Positions 48,754-58,579 of a stretch of DNA of 64,000 nucleotides are shown here, piece by piece. How positions within the stretch are numbered: the stretch's first letter is position 1; the number at the start of each line of letters is the position of its first letter. The position numbers and the translations under genes are program-made. The stretch covers positions 3,136,001 to 3,200,000 of the forward strand of contig OZ251518.1 in NCBI GenBank assembly GCA_965242965.1, given 5' to 3'. The DNA is from Candidatus Poribacteria bacterium (lineage in GTDB: Bacteria > Poribacteria > WGA-4E > WGA-3G). Under the pieces are notes generated by a model, which saw nothing but the letters and a program-made list of their open reading frames with translations, had not been told where the DNA came from and did not search any database.

Positions 48754-49629
48754 ATGCCACAACAATACGACAACACTGTGAAATATATCATATTTGAACA
48801 CGCCGACGAGTTCGCACGGTTCGTCCTCGGCGAGGTTGATGTCAAGGTGCTTGAAAACCTGGAATCGGAACAGGCAACGCTCAAAGCGCATCGGACAGAC
48901 TGCACCATGCGGGTGCAGTTCCCCGATGAAATTGCCATTTTCCACACCGAGGTGCAGACTCACACCAGTGGCAAACCCATTGGCATGAGACTCGCCGGCT
49001 ACAACGGCTTTCTCACCCACGCCCATGAAATGAACGTCTATTGCAACGTTCTCTATCTGCATCCGCGGGCGGGACTCAATGACACTGGGCTCTACGAATA
49101 TGGGCGCGGCACGGACTATGAATTCAAACTCCGCTACAAGGTGATTCGCCTGGCGGATTTTGAAGGCGAAGCTGTCTTAGAGATGCAGGCACCGGGGCTG
49201 TTGCCGTTCACACCGTTGATGAAACCGCCGGCGCGAATGCAACCAGACCGGTGGTTGGAGAAATGTTTTGATGCGATAGCGACATCTCGGACGGACGAGA
49301 CGACGCAGCATCTGTTATTTGAGGCGGCGGGTGTTTTAGGCGGGTTGGCTCATGACCCGCACCGTATCCGTCATTTCTTACCGGAGGGTATCATGTTAGA
49401 ATCGGCTTTCGTCCAACTTTACATGAAAGAGGCGCGCGACGAGGGAAGAATTGATGCCACGACTGACGCTATCTTGGCGTTGCTTGGCACGCAATTCCAC
49501 CCCGAGGCAGTGCAGACGCTGCAACCGAAACTCGCCGAAATCAAAGATTTGCAACGTCTCCAGCAGTTGCATCTCGCCGCGGCGCGCTCGGAGAGCCTGG
49601 AAGCGTTCATGCAGCACCTCGGCAAATAG
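48754..49629 (+). CDS. Rpn-family (recombination-promoting nuclease / putative transposase) PD-(D/E)XK protein
   Basis: YDNTVK, RTDC..HTEVQT, MRLAGY, VLYLHP, YKVIRL, GLLPFTPLM; CAGGAGG RBS; internal GGAGG-ATG at 49393. Confidence 0.85.
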   Translation: MPQQYDNTVKYIIFEHADEFARFVLGEVDVKVLENLESEQATLKAHRTDCTMRVQFPDEIAIFHTEVQTHTSGKPIGMRLAGYNGFLTHAHEMNVYCNVLYLHPRAGLNDTGLYEYGRGTDYEFKLRYKVIRLADFEGEAVLEMQAPGLLPFTPLMKPPARMQPDRWLEKCFDAIATSRTDETTQHLLFEAAGVLGGLAHDPHRIRHFLPEGIMLESAFVQLYMKEARDEGRIDATTDAILALLGTQFHPEAVQTLQPKLAEIKDLQRLQQLHLAAARSESLEAFMQHLGK

Positions 49630-49675
49630 CCGAAACCGAACCCGAGGCATCCGTCATTTCTTACCGGAGGGTATC

Positions 49676-49924
49676 ATGTTAGAATCGGCTTTTGTCCAAC
49701 TTTACATGGATGAGGCACGCGACGAGGGAAGGGCCGAGGGAAGAATTGAAGCGAGAATCGACGGCATTTTGGCGTTGCTCGGCACGCAATTCCACCCCGA
49801 TGCAGTGGAGGCTCTGAGACCAAAACTGGAAGAGATTGACGATGCGCAACGTCTCCAGCAGCTGGTCCTCGCCGCGGCGCGTTCGGAGAGCCTCGAAGCG
49901 TTCATGCAACACCTCGGCAAATAG
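49676..49924 (+). CDS. Stand-alone duplicate of the Rpn C-terminal domain (RpnS-like, 82 aa)
   Basis: Duplication starts about 25 bp before the internal start and carries GGAGG-ATG; MLESAFVQLYMDEARDEGRAEG...SLEAFMQHLGK. Confidence 0.75.
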   Translation: MLESAFVQLYMDEARDEGRAEGRIEARIDGILALLGTQFHPDAVEALRPKLEEIDDAQRLQQLVLAAARSESLEAFMQHLGK

Positions 49925-50029
49925 GCGCGGACGCAATAACACTATCGGTGGCCGGCCAACGTGCATGCTCTTGGCCACCACCGGTGGTTTATTCGTAGCC
50001 GCCCGATACATCAAGGATTCACCGAACGT

Positions 50030-51640
50030 ATGAACTTCAATGCCATCACATTAGAACTTTACAAAAACATGCTCACCTCTGTCGCGGAAGAGATGGGCGT
50101 GACGCTACAGTGCGCCGCATTCTCACCGAACATCAAAGAACGGCTCGATTTCTCCTGCGCCGTTTTTGACGGCACCGGACAGATGGTAGCGCAAGCCGCA
50201 CACATCCCCGCGCACCTCGGCTCCATGCCGCTTTCTGTGAGTGCCGCAATCGAACACACTCACCTGGCACCGGGCGACATGATTGCACTAAATGACCCTT
50301 ATCGGGGCGGCACGCACCTCCCGGACATTACCCTTGTCTCGCCGATTTTTGTGGGAGAAAACGGAACGGACAACGCTAAAAATCTGTCCTTACCGGTTAA
50401 ACCTACATTTTTCGTGGCGAATAGGGCGCACCACGCCGATGTCGGCGGAATGACACCGGGCTCCATGCCACTTGCAACGAGCGTCATCCAAGAAGGCATC
50501 CGCATCCCACCCATCAAACTCATCCGAGGCGGGGAATTAGACACCGATTTGTGGGAACTCATTCTTGCTAATGTGCGCACACCGACAGAACGGCGTGGCG
50601 ACTTGGAGGCACAACTCGCCGCAAATCGCATCGGCGAACGCCGGTTGCAGGAAATGGCGGACAAATACGGTGTCGCGGAAATGGAGGCATCCATGCAGGA
50701 ACTATGCGCCTATTCCAGCCGGATGGTGCGCGCCTGCCTGCGAGAAATCCCGGACGGCCGCTACACGAACGTCGATTTTTTAGATAACGATGGCATTACC
50801 GATGCCCCCGTTGAAATCCACGTCGCCATTGAGATTAAAGACGATGAGGCAGTCATTGATTTTAGTGGCACGGCGGGACAGGTGCGCGGCTCCGTCAATG
50901 CGATTTACGCCATCACCCTCTCCGCAGTCTTCTATACGTTCCGATGCATCGCGGGCGTGGAGGTGGATGTGCCTTCTAACGCCGGGTGCATGGAGCCCCT
51001 CCGAGTCATCGCGCCGGTGGGTAGCGTCGTGAACGCAAAATTCCCCGCCGCTGTCGCCGGTGGGAACGTTGAAACTTCGCAGCGTATCGTTGATGTGCTA
51101 CTCGGCGCGCTGGCACAAGCGTGCCCCGAACGCATTCCTGCGGCGAGTTGCGGCTCCATGAACAATCTAACGGTAGGCGGTTACGATGCTGTGCGCGGGC
51201 GCGATTTTACTTACTACGAGACCATCGCAGGCGGCATGGGCGCGCGCCCTGATAGAGACGGCATCGATGCCATTCACACGCACATGACGAATACGATGAA
51301 CACTCCGATAGAGGCGATTGAGACGACATATCCGATGCAAGTTGAACAGTACTCTATCCGACGTGGGACAGGCGGTGCAGGGAAGTTTCGGGGTGGCGAT
51401 GGCGTGGTGCGCTCGCTGCGGCTTCTGACAGACGCAGAAGTGACTATCCTCTCAGAACGCCGCACCTTCGGGCCTTACGGTTTGCAAGGTGGTAAGGCGG
51501 GAAAGCCGGGGCGTAACGCTGTCCACAGCGGAAGCGCGGAGCGTCTGTTAGCCGGTAAGGTGAGCATCTCGGCGCGCGAAGGCGACATCGTCCAGATTGA
51601 AACGCCCGGCGGCGGTGGATATGGCGAAAAAAAGACTTGA
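50030..51640 (+). CDS. Hydantoinase B / oxoprolinase family protein
   Basis: SPNIKERLDFSCA, HIPAHLGSM, NDPYRGGTHLPD, HHADVGG, YYETIAGG, TPGGGGYG. Confidence 0.93.
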   Translation: MNFNAITLELYKNMLTSVAEEMGVTLQCAAFSPNIKERLDFSCAVFDGTGQMVAQAAHIPAHLGSMPLSVSAAIEHTHLAPGDMIALNDPYRGGTHLPDITLVSPIFVGENGTDNAKNLSLPVKPTFFVANRAHHADVGGMTPGSMPLATSVIQEGIRIPPIKLIRGGELDTDLWELILANVRTPTERRGDLEAQLAANRIGERRLQEMADKYGVAEMEASMQELCAYSSRMVRACLREIPDGRYTNVDFLDNDGITDAPVEIHVAIEIKDDEAVIDFSGTAGQVRGSVNAIYAITLSAVFYTFRCIAGVEVDVPSNAGCMEPLRVIAPVGSVVNAKFPAAVAGGNVETSQRIVDVLLGALAQACPERIPAASCGSMNNLTVGGYDAVRGRDFTYYETIAGGMGARPDRDGIDAIHTHMTNTMNTPIEAIETTYPMQVEQYSIRRGTGGAGKFRGGDGVVRSLRLLTDAEVTILSERRTFGPYGLQGGKAGKPGRNAVHSGSAERLLAGKVSISAREGDIVQIETPGGGGYGEKKT

Positions 51641-52086
51641 GTTGAGAGTAAGCCGGATTCTGTATACGATGCTCATTCATCTCGGATGAATGTTACCATT
51701 CACCTCTAGCGGTTACCTGAGGACGAGGCGGGCACACCCTTGCATGTCCTCATTTTACCTTGCTCCAGATGGGGTTTACCGAGCTCCATAAGTCACCTTA
51801 TGGACTGGTGCGCTTTTACCGCACCGTTTCACCTGTACACCGTTCAAGTTCACCCGGTATGCGCGGTTTAAAACCACGCATACCCGATAGTGAACGATGT
51901 AGTCTACTTTCTGTTGCACTTTCCATAGCGTCGCCGCTCCTGGCGATTAACCAGCATCCTGCCCTGCGGAGTCCGGACTTTCCTCATCCCATGATATACC
52001 GTGGGGCGATGCAGTATGTGCGATGACAAACCGCACATACCAGCCCACGGATTTGGGACGCGAGCATCTACTCAACTCAAGTCTTT
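51631..52086 (-). ncRNA. rnpB: RNase P RNA (bacterial type A)
   Basis: Minus strand has GAGGAAAGUCCGGAC near the 5' end and ACAGAAUCCGGCUUA near the 3' end; 16-bp P1 inverted repeat 51631-51646/52071-52086; TATCCT -10 just upstream. Confidence 0.95.
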
Positions 52087-52126
52087 CAATAGGATACCAT
52101 AAAGTGTGGATTCAGCGCAACCCGTG

Positions 52127-55100
52127 TTACGAACATCCACTCGTTGCACCGCAATTGGTGCAGCGGTAGCAGACACCGCTGCGCAGCATCAGCGCGCCGC
52201 ATTCCTGACACGGCGGTGAATCGGCGTGTCGCAACGCTACCTCCTTCTCGCGTGCTACCCATGATTCCGTGTCGCCGTTGCTGCCGTGCCCGAACGGATG
52301 CAGTTGTTCCGGCGGCACCATCTGTTCATCGTAATCCGCTTCATCGTCAACTTCCTGCGCGTCTTCGGGAAGGAATTCTTGGCCGAGCCACCGGTAGACA
52401 TAATCCATGATGGATTTCGCCATCGGGAGTTCGGGATTGTTCGTGAATCCAGACGGTTCAAACCGAACGTGGCTGAACTTATTGACAAGCGATTCCAGCG
52501 GCACGCCGTATTGCAACGCCACCGAAGTCAAAATCGCCACTGCGTCCATCAGCCCGGAGATAACCGAGCCTTCCTTGTTCATGCGGAGGAAAACTTCGCC
52601 CGGTTGTCCATCATCGTAGAGGCCGACGTGGATGTAACCTTCGTGTCCACCGATGCTGAACTTGTGCGCGATAGCATTTCGCTTGTCCGGCAGCCGCTTC
52701 CGAATTGGACGTTCAGCCGGGACATTGACAATCTCACTTTCCAGTGCCTCCGCTGTGTCACTCTCGGCGGCATCCTGCTGGCTGCGGGTAGAGAGCGGTT
52801 GACTGCCCTTGCTGCCATCGCGATAGACGGCGAGGCATTTCACGCCACGCTTCCACGCCTCAACATACAACATCTTAATGTCATCCACGGTTGCATCGTG
52901 CGGGATGTTCACCGTCTTGGAAATCGCACCGGAGATGAACGGCTGCACCGCCGCCATCAGCAGAAGCGGTGCCATCTGAGCGATATACCGAGTGCCGTGC
53001 TTGCCGGATTGAACGGCGCAGTCGAAAACCGGATAGTGTGTCTGCGACAGATGCGGCGCGCCCTCAACGGTGCCCGTGCCACAGATTATCTCTTCCGCCG
53101 CCGCAATTTCACTCGCATTGTAGCCGATGGCAGTGAGAATGTTAAAGTTCGGTTCGGATGCTTCCTCCGCGCTAATTTCAAGTCGCTCTAGGCACTCTTC
53201 GCCGAGGAAACCGGGCGCGAATGCGAGGTTCAGATCGAACGAACTTGGCAGCATTTCTTCTACACGGGCAATGTCATCGTTGGTGAAACCCCTGCGCCGC
53301 AGCGATTCCGGGTTGATGTAAGGCGTGCCTTCAAGCGTGCCTGTCCCGACGAGATGCGTGATAATCGCCTCGCACTGCTGGAGCGAATAGCCCAATTTTT
53401 CCAACGCCTTGCGGACACTCTGATTAACAATTTTCATGTAGCCGCCGCCCGCCAGTTTCTTAAACTTAACGAGGGCGAATTCGGGTTCAATCCCTGTCGT
53501 ATCGCAGTCCATCAGAAGCGCGATAGTGCCAGTCGGCGCGATAACGCTGATTTGGGAGTTTCGATACCCCCATTTTTTGCCTAACGCTAAGCACCTATCC
53601 CAGTCTGTCTGCGCCGCTTCCAGAAGTTCCGATGGACAGACAGTTGCATCGATTTGATACGCTGCCTCGCGGTGCATGCCGATAACGTCTAACATCGATG
53701 CCTCGTTTTCGGCGTAGCCGTTGAAGGCCCCGATGCTCTTAGCGATTTCCGCGCTCGTGGCGTAGCCGCGGCCGCTCAGAATAGCGGTGATAGCACCGGC
53801 GTAGGCGCGCGCTTCGGCACTGTCATAAGGGATGCCCAAGCGCATTAAGAACGCGCCGAGATTCGCATATCCGAGCCCGAGTGGCCGATATTCGTGTGAA
53901 CGCTGCGCGATTTTCTCCGTAGGATAGGAAGAGAGTTCAACGATGATTTCCATCGCCGTCGCAAAGACCCGGACGGTTGCCCGGAACCCCTCAACGTCAA
54001 ACGTATCATCTTCTTCAACCAAGAATTTGACGAGGTTGATACTGGCGAGGTTGCAAGCGGAATCGTCAAGGAACAGATATTCACTGCACGGGTTGCTGGC
54101 GTTAATCCGTCCTGTCTCCTTGCAAGTGTGCCATTTCTGAATGGTATCGTCAAACTGCACGCCCGGGTCGGCGCATCCCCATGCGGCGTGCGCGATTTTG
54201 TCCATGAGCTGCCGTGCGTCATATTCGGCGGCGACTTCACCGCTCGTGCGATACGTCGTCTTCCACGAATCGCCTTGGAGATACGCATTCATGAAGACAT
54301 CCGGGATTCGGACAGAGTTGTTGCTGTTCTGCCCGCTGATGGTGCCGTATGCCTCGCCGTTGAAATCTGCAGGGTACCCGGCGGCGATGAGTGCCTTCGC
54401 CTTCTGTTCCTCCCGCAATTTCCACTCAATATAGTCAACAATCTCTGGATGCTCCATGTCAAGGAGCACCATTTTCGCGGCTCGTCTTGTGGTGCCACCG
54501 GACTTGATGCTCCCTGCCCACCGGTCGAACCCTTCCAAGAAGGATAGCACGCCGGAGCTCTCGCCGCCGCTGGAGAGATGCTCGCCTTTTGCGCGCACCT
54601 TGCTGAAATTCGAGCCGGTCCCGCTGCCGTATTTGAAAAGCCGCACCTCCGCTTTTTGGAGCTCCAGCATGGAATCCAAGGAGTCATCAACGCTTTGGAT
54701 AAAGCAAGCCGAATTTTGCGGATATTGATATGCGTTTGGAGAAATCTCCACTTGCTGTGTGGCGGTGTCCCAATAGTAGTTCCCGCCGCTGCCCTGAATG
54801 CCGTATTCGTGCCACAAGCCGCAGTTGAACCAAACCGGCGAGTTAAACGCGCCGCTCTGCGTGACTAAGATGTGCGTGAGCTCCATCTCAAACGTCTCGG
54901 CATCATCGGGTGTGGCGAAATAGCCGCCAAAGTCTTCACCGGCGCGCCTAAGCGTCCGCGCTACGCGCGTCACGAGTTGGCGGACGCTCTTTTCTGCGCC
55001 AGTCTCTGGCACCCCCGCCTTGCGAAAGTATTTAGACGCGGCGATATCCGTTGCGAGTTGGCTCCACGGTTTCGGCACTTCCACCTGCTCCATCTGAAAG

Positions 55101-55234
55101 ATAGCGTCGCCTTTTTCGTTGTAGATGGCAGAATTGCGATGTTCCCATTCAACCTCCTCGTAGGGATGAACGCCGGGTGTAGTGAAGTGACGTGTGAAGG
55201 TGAGTCCTCCCCCGTCGCCCTCCTGATGTTTCAT
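52127..55234 (-). CDS. nrdJ: Vitamin B12-dependent (class II) ribonucleotide reductase with C-terminal TSCPD/Zn-ribbon region
   Basis: FNSPVWFN, SACFI, GGTTRRAAKM, SNPCSEY, ACNLAS, APTGTI, YRDGSK, CQECG..CTNCGATSGCS. Confidence 0.95.
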   Translation of the reverse strand: MKHQEGDGGGLTFTRHFTTPGVHPYEEVEWEHRNSAIYNEKGDAIFQMEQVEVPKPWSQLATDIAASKYFRKAGVPETGAEKSVRQLVTRVARTLRRAGEDFGGYFATPDDAETFEMELTHILVTQSGAFNSPVWFNCGLWHEYGIQGSGGNYYWDTATQQVEISPNAYQYPQNSACFIQSVDDSLDSMLELQKAEVRLFKYGSGTGSNFSKVRAKGEHLSSGGESSGVLSFLEGFDRWAGSIKSGGTTRRAAKMVLLDMEHPEIVDYIEWKLREEQKAKALIAAGYPADFNGEAYGTISGQNSNNSVRIPDVFMNAYLQGDSWKTTYRTSGEVAAEYDARQLMDKIAHAAWGCADPGVQFDDTIQKWHTCKETGRINASNPCSEYLFLDDSACNLASINLVKFLVEEDDTFDVEGFRATVRVFATAMEIIVELSSYPTEKIAQRSHEYRPLGLGYANLGAFLMRLGIPYDSAEARAYAGAITAILSGRGYATSAEIAKSIGAFNGYAENEASMLDVIGMHREAAYQIDATVCPSELLEAAQTDWDRCLALGKKWGYRNSQISVIAPTGTIALLMDCDTTGIEPEFALVKFKKLAGGGYMKIVNQSVRKALEKLGYSLQQCEAIITHLVGTGTLEGTPYINPESLRRRGFTNDDIARVEEMLPSSFDLNLAFAPGFLGEECLERLEISAEEASEPNFNILTAIGYNASEIAAAEEIICGTGTVEGAPHLSQTHYPVFDCAVQSGKHGTRYIAQMAPLLLMAAVQPFISGAISKTVNIPHDATVDDIKMLYVEAWKRGVKCLAVYRDGSKGSQPLSTRSQQDAAESDTAEALESEIVNVPAERPIRKRLPDKRNAIAHKFSIGGHEGYIHVGLYDDGQPGEVFLRMNKEGSVISGLMDAVAILTSVALQYGVPLESLVNKFSHVRFEPSGFTNNPELPMAKSIMDYVYRWLGQEFLPEDAQEVDDEADYDEQMVPPEQLHPFGHGSNGDTESWVAREKEVALRHADSPPCQECGALMLRSGVCYRCTNCGATSGCS

Positions 55235-55400
55235 AATGCTCCCCTTTTATCAATTGTTGGTAACTAATTATCTGCAAAACAGAATAGAAAGTCGTCTCGG
55301 ATTAATAGGATACCAAAAAACGAAAATTATTGCAATGCGAATTTTGCAAAAATGCGTTTTTTCTTGACATCGCAATGCGAATGCTGCTATGATAAACGGC

Positions 55401-58400
55401 ATGCGACAATTAACTCTCAATCCCAATAGCAAGCCTGTCCGTGAATACTACGCCACGCTGCGGCAATACGAAATGCACGGTATCAGCCACGAAGGCGCAG
55501 TTAGCACCCCGTTGCAGACGCTCCTCAATACCTGCGCCAAACAAGTGGATGCCACCTTCGTCTCGCAATATGTCATGCAACCTGCCGTAGACGCGGCGGT
55601 TGCAAACCGCACACGCATTGTCCTTGACGGCGCACTCCTCGACGCGTACGGACTCCCCTTCGCTTTCGTTGAGGCAAAAGACGTTGACGATAACTTGGAC
55701 GCGGAAATCCAACGAAAGTTTGCCGTCGGTTACCCGGATACTAACCTCCTCTTCTGGACACCCCAGCGCGCCGTCCTCTACCAAAACGGACAGAAAGTGC
55801 TTGATGAAGACATCACCGAACCCCACAGGCTAAAGGTGGTGCTTGAACGCCTCTGCTCTAATCCCATTGCCGCCGTGGAGAAGTGGCACGCCGCCGTCGC
55901 CGAGTTCAAGGAGATAGTTCCAGCACTCGGGCGCGAATTGGCAACCATTCTTCAGCACGCACACGAAAATAACCCGCGCTTCAGCACGGCCTTCACCGGG
56001 TTCTACGAACTCTGCAAGAACGCCATCAACCCGAATCTCTCCCAGGCTGCTGTGGAGGAGATGCTCATCCAACACCTGCTGACTATCCGGACGTTTCGCA
56101 CCGTTTTCGCCAATCAGGATTTCACGCGCAGGAATATCATCGCCCGCGAGATTGAGAACGTCATTGACGCGCTCACCTCACAGGCATTTAGCCGAGACGC
56201 ATTCCTTGCAAGTTTAGATGGGTTTTATGAGGCAATTGAGGACGCAGCGCGCCACTGTAAAGCCTTCTCCGAGAAACAGCACTTCCTCAACACCGTCTAC
56301 GAGCAGTTCTTCCAAGGGTTCTCCGTTGAAGTCGCCGATACCCACGGCATTGTCTACACACCGCAGCCGATTGTTGACTTCATGGTGAACAGCGTTGAAC
56401 ATCTCCTCCAAACCGAGTTCAATCGCTCGCTTTCGGATAGCGGGGTGCACATCATCGATGCGTTCGTCGGCACGGGGAACTTCATCGTGCGGCTGATGCA
56501 GGACATCAAGGGGAGCGCGTTGGAACAAAAATATCGCGAGGAGTTGCATTGCAACGAACTCATGCTTTTGCCATATTATATCGCGTGCTTAAACATTGAG
56601 CACGAGTATTTCCAACGGACAGGCGAGTATCTGCCGTTTGAAGGCATTTGCCTAGTTGATACGTTTGAACTGCTGGAAGAACAGCAGAAACGTCTCTTCA
56701 CGCGAGAAAACACCGCGCGTGTTGAACGCCAGCGCGCGGCAGATATGTTTGTGGTTATCGGCAATCCCCCTTATAACGCGAAGCAAATGAACGATAGCGA
56801 TAACAACCGAAATCGGAAGTACCCAGCGATGGATAGACGCGTCAGGGAAACTTACTCGCAGGCATCAGTTGCAACGAATAAGAACGCTTTAGCAGACCCT
56901 TATGTGAAATCCTATCGGTGGGGAACCGAGAAGATTGGCGAAGAGGGAATCATCGTCTTCGTGAGCAACAACAGCTTCCTTGAGGGTATCGCGTTTGATG
57001 GCATGCGGAAACATCTCGCTGAAGAGTTTGACACCCTCTTGTTTCTTGACTTGGGTGGGAACATCCGCAAGGGCCATCCGGGCGATTCCAACGTGTTTGG
57101 CATTCGCGTTGGCGTGAGCATCAATCTGCTCGTGAAAACAAAAACCGGTCGGACTGGGCCCGCCCGCATTTTGTATAACGACGAAACTGCGGACTGGAGT
57201 CGCGACCGGACGTTTGATTTCCTGAACCAGCGGGTGCATGCAGGACAAGTGACGTGGCGAGAACTCACCCCGAACGCGCGCCATACGTGGTTAACGGATG
57301 GGCTTCGCGACGATTTTGGAACCTTCCTCCCTATCGGTAGCAGGGCGGCAAGGCAGGGAAAAACATCCCATGTCATCTTTGGGACTTATGGCACAGGCGT
57401 TACCACGAGTCGAGATGCATGGGTTTACAATTTCGACCCGGGTGCACTCATGATAAACGTCCGGAAGACAATAGATGCCTACAACTTGCAGGTGTTTAAG
57501 TGGGAACGGCGAACGGCACAAGATGCAAACGTTGACGACTTTGTGCCTTATGACGAAACCCAAATCAAGTGGAGTCGCGAATTAAAAACGCATCTGAAGC
57601 GAGGCAGAATCGCCGAGTTCGCTGAAAGCAAGGTGCGGACTTCACTCTACCGTCCATTTACGAAAATGCCGCTGTTCTTTGACAGAGTCCTCAATGATGT
57701 CGTGTCCAGGCTGCCATCCGTTTTCCCGACACCTGAGACAGAGACAGAAAACCGAGTCATCTGTTTTCCAAGCCTGGGTGCGCGTGCTGACTTTTGGTGC
57801 CTCGTCACAGATGTTATCCCGAACAATTGCCTCATTACAACCGATCCGAATCAGTGCTTTCCGTTCTATATCTACGACGAAGATGGCACCAATCGTCGCG
57901 AAAACATTACCGATTGGGCACTCGCGCAGTTCCGAGAGCATTACGGCGATGAAACCATCACGAAGTGGGACATCTTCCACTACATTTATGCCGTGTTGCA
58001 TCATCCCGACTATCGCGAGACGTATCAGGTGAACCTCAAACGCGATTTACCCCACATTCCGTTCGCGCCGGATTTCTGGGGTTTCGTTACGAAAGGGAAA
58101 CAACTCGCATCGCTCCACATTGACTACGAAGCAGCACCGATATACGAAGGGTTGCAGTGGCTTGAAACGCAGGAGATACCGGTAAATTGGCGCGTAGATA
58201 AGATGAAATTCTCCAAAGATAAGACGCGGCTGATTTACAACGAGTTCCTGACGCTGGCTGAGATTCCGCAAGCGGTGTTTGCGTATCGGCTTGGGAATCG
58301 TTCGGCGTTGGAATGGGTGGTAGAGCAGTATCGCATTAAGACACACAAACGTAGCGAGATAGTGAACGATGCGAACCGTGCAGCTGCACCACGATATATT

Positions 58401-58484
58401 GTCGAATTGGTAGGGCGCGTCATCACGGTGAGCTTAGAGACGGTGCGGCTGGTTGAAAGTTTGCCCGAACTCAACAGCACATAG
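55401..58484 (+). CDS. Single-chain restriction-modification enzyme (type IIG / helicase-less type ISP-like: nuclease, N6-adenine MTase, specificity domain)
   Basis: LDGAL..FVEAKD nuclease motif, GIVYTPQPIVDFM, IIDAFVGTGNF (motif I), VIGNPPYN (motif IV), SLYRPF, GNRSALEWV. Confidence 0.88.
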   Translation: MRQLTLNPNSKPVREYYATLRQYEMHGISHEGAVSTPLQTLLNTCAKQVDATFVSQYVMQPAVDAAVANRTRIVLDGALLDAYGLPFAFVEAKDVDDNLDAEIQRKFAVGYPDTNLLFWTPQRAVLYQNGQKVLDEDITEPHRLKVVLERLCSNPIAAVEKWHAAVAEFKEIVPALGRELATILQHAHENNPRFSTAFTGFYELCKNAINPNLSQAAVEEMLIQHLLTIRTFRTVFANQDFTRRNIIAREIENVIDALTSQAFSRDAFLASLDGFYEAIEDAARHCKAFSEKQHFLNTVYEQFFQGFSVEVADTHGIVYTPQPIVDFMVNSVEHLLQTEFNRSLSDSGVHIIDAFVGTGNFIVRLMQDIKGSALEQKYREELHCNELMLLPYYIACLNIEHEYFQRTGEYLPFEGICLVDTFELLEEQQKRLFTRENTARVERQRAADMFVVIGNPPYNAKQMNDSDNNRNRKYPAMDRRVRETYSQASVATNKNALADPYVKSYRWGTEKIGEEGIIVFVSNNSFLEGIAFDGMRKHLAEEFDTLLFLDLGGNIRKGHPGDSNVFGIRVGVSINLLVKTKTGRTGPARILYNDETADWSRDRTFDFLNQRVHAGQVTWRELTPNARHTWLTDGLRDDFGTFLPIGSRAARQGKTSHVIFGTYGTGVTTSRDAWVYNFDPGALMINVRKTIDAYNLQVFKWERRTAQDANVDDFVPYDETQIKWSRELKTHLKRGRIAEFAESKVRTSLYRPFTKMPLFFDRVLNDVVSRLPSVFPTPETETENRVICFPSLGARADFWCLVTDVIPNNCLITTDPNQCFPFYIYDEDGTNRRENITDWALAQFREHYGDETITKWDIFHYIYAVLHHPDYRETYQVNLKRDLPHIPFAPDFWGFVTKGKQLASLHIDYEAAPIYEGLQWLETQEIPVNWRVDKMKFSKDKTRLIYNEFLTLAEIPQAVFAYRLGNRSALEWVVEQYRIKTHKRSEIVNDANRAAAPRYIVELVGRVITVSLETVRLVESLPELNST

Positions 58485-58579
58485 CGCGGGGTTTCCCCAA
58501 CGCCGAAGCATGGCGAGGCACAGAACCCTCGCCCTATGAAGAAAGGGAACCGGTTTCGGAAATAACCCGAGGGTATTCC

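Noticed and set aside
48754-49924. Diversity-generating retroelement (VR/TR pair) for this and the other 3' duplications
   Set aside because: No reverse transcriptase is in the window, and the differences include repeat-number indels and non-adenine substitutions.
55235-55400. Cobalamin riboswitch or NrdR box upstream of nrdJ
   Set aside because: The short AT-rich intergenic region shows only divergent promoter elements and no recognisable consensus.
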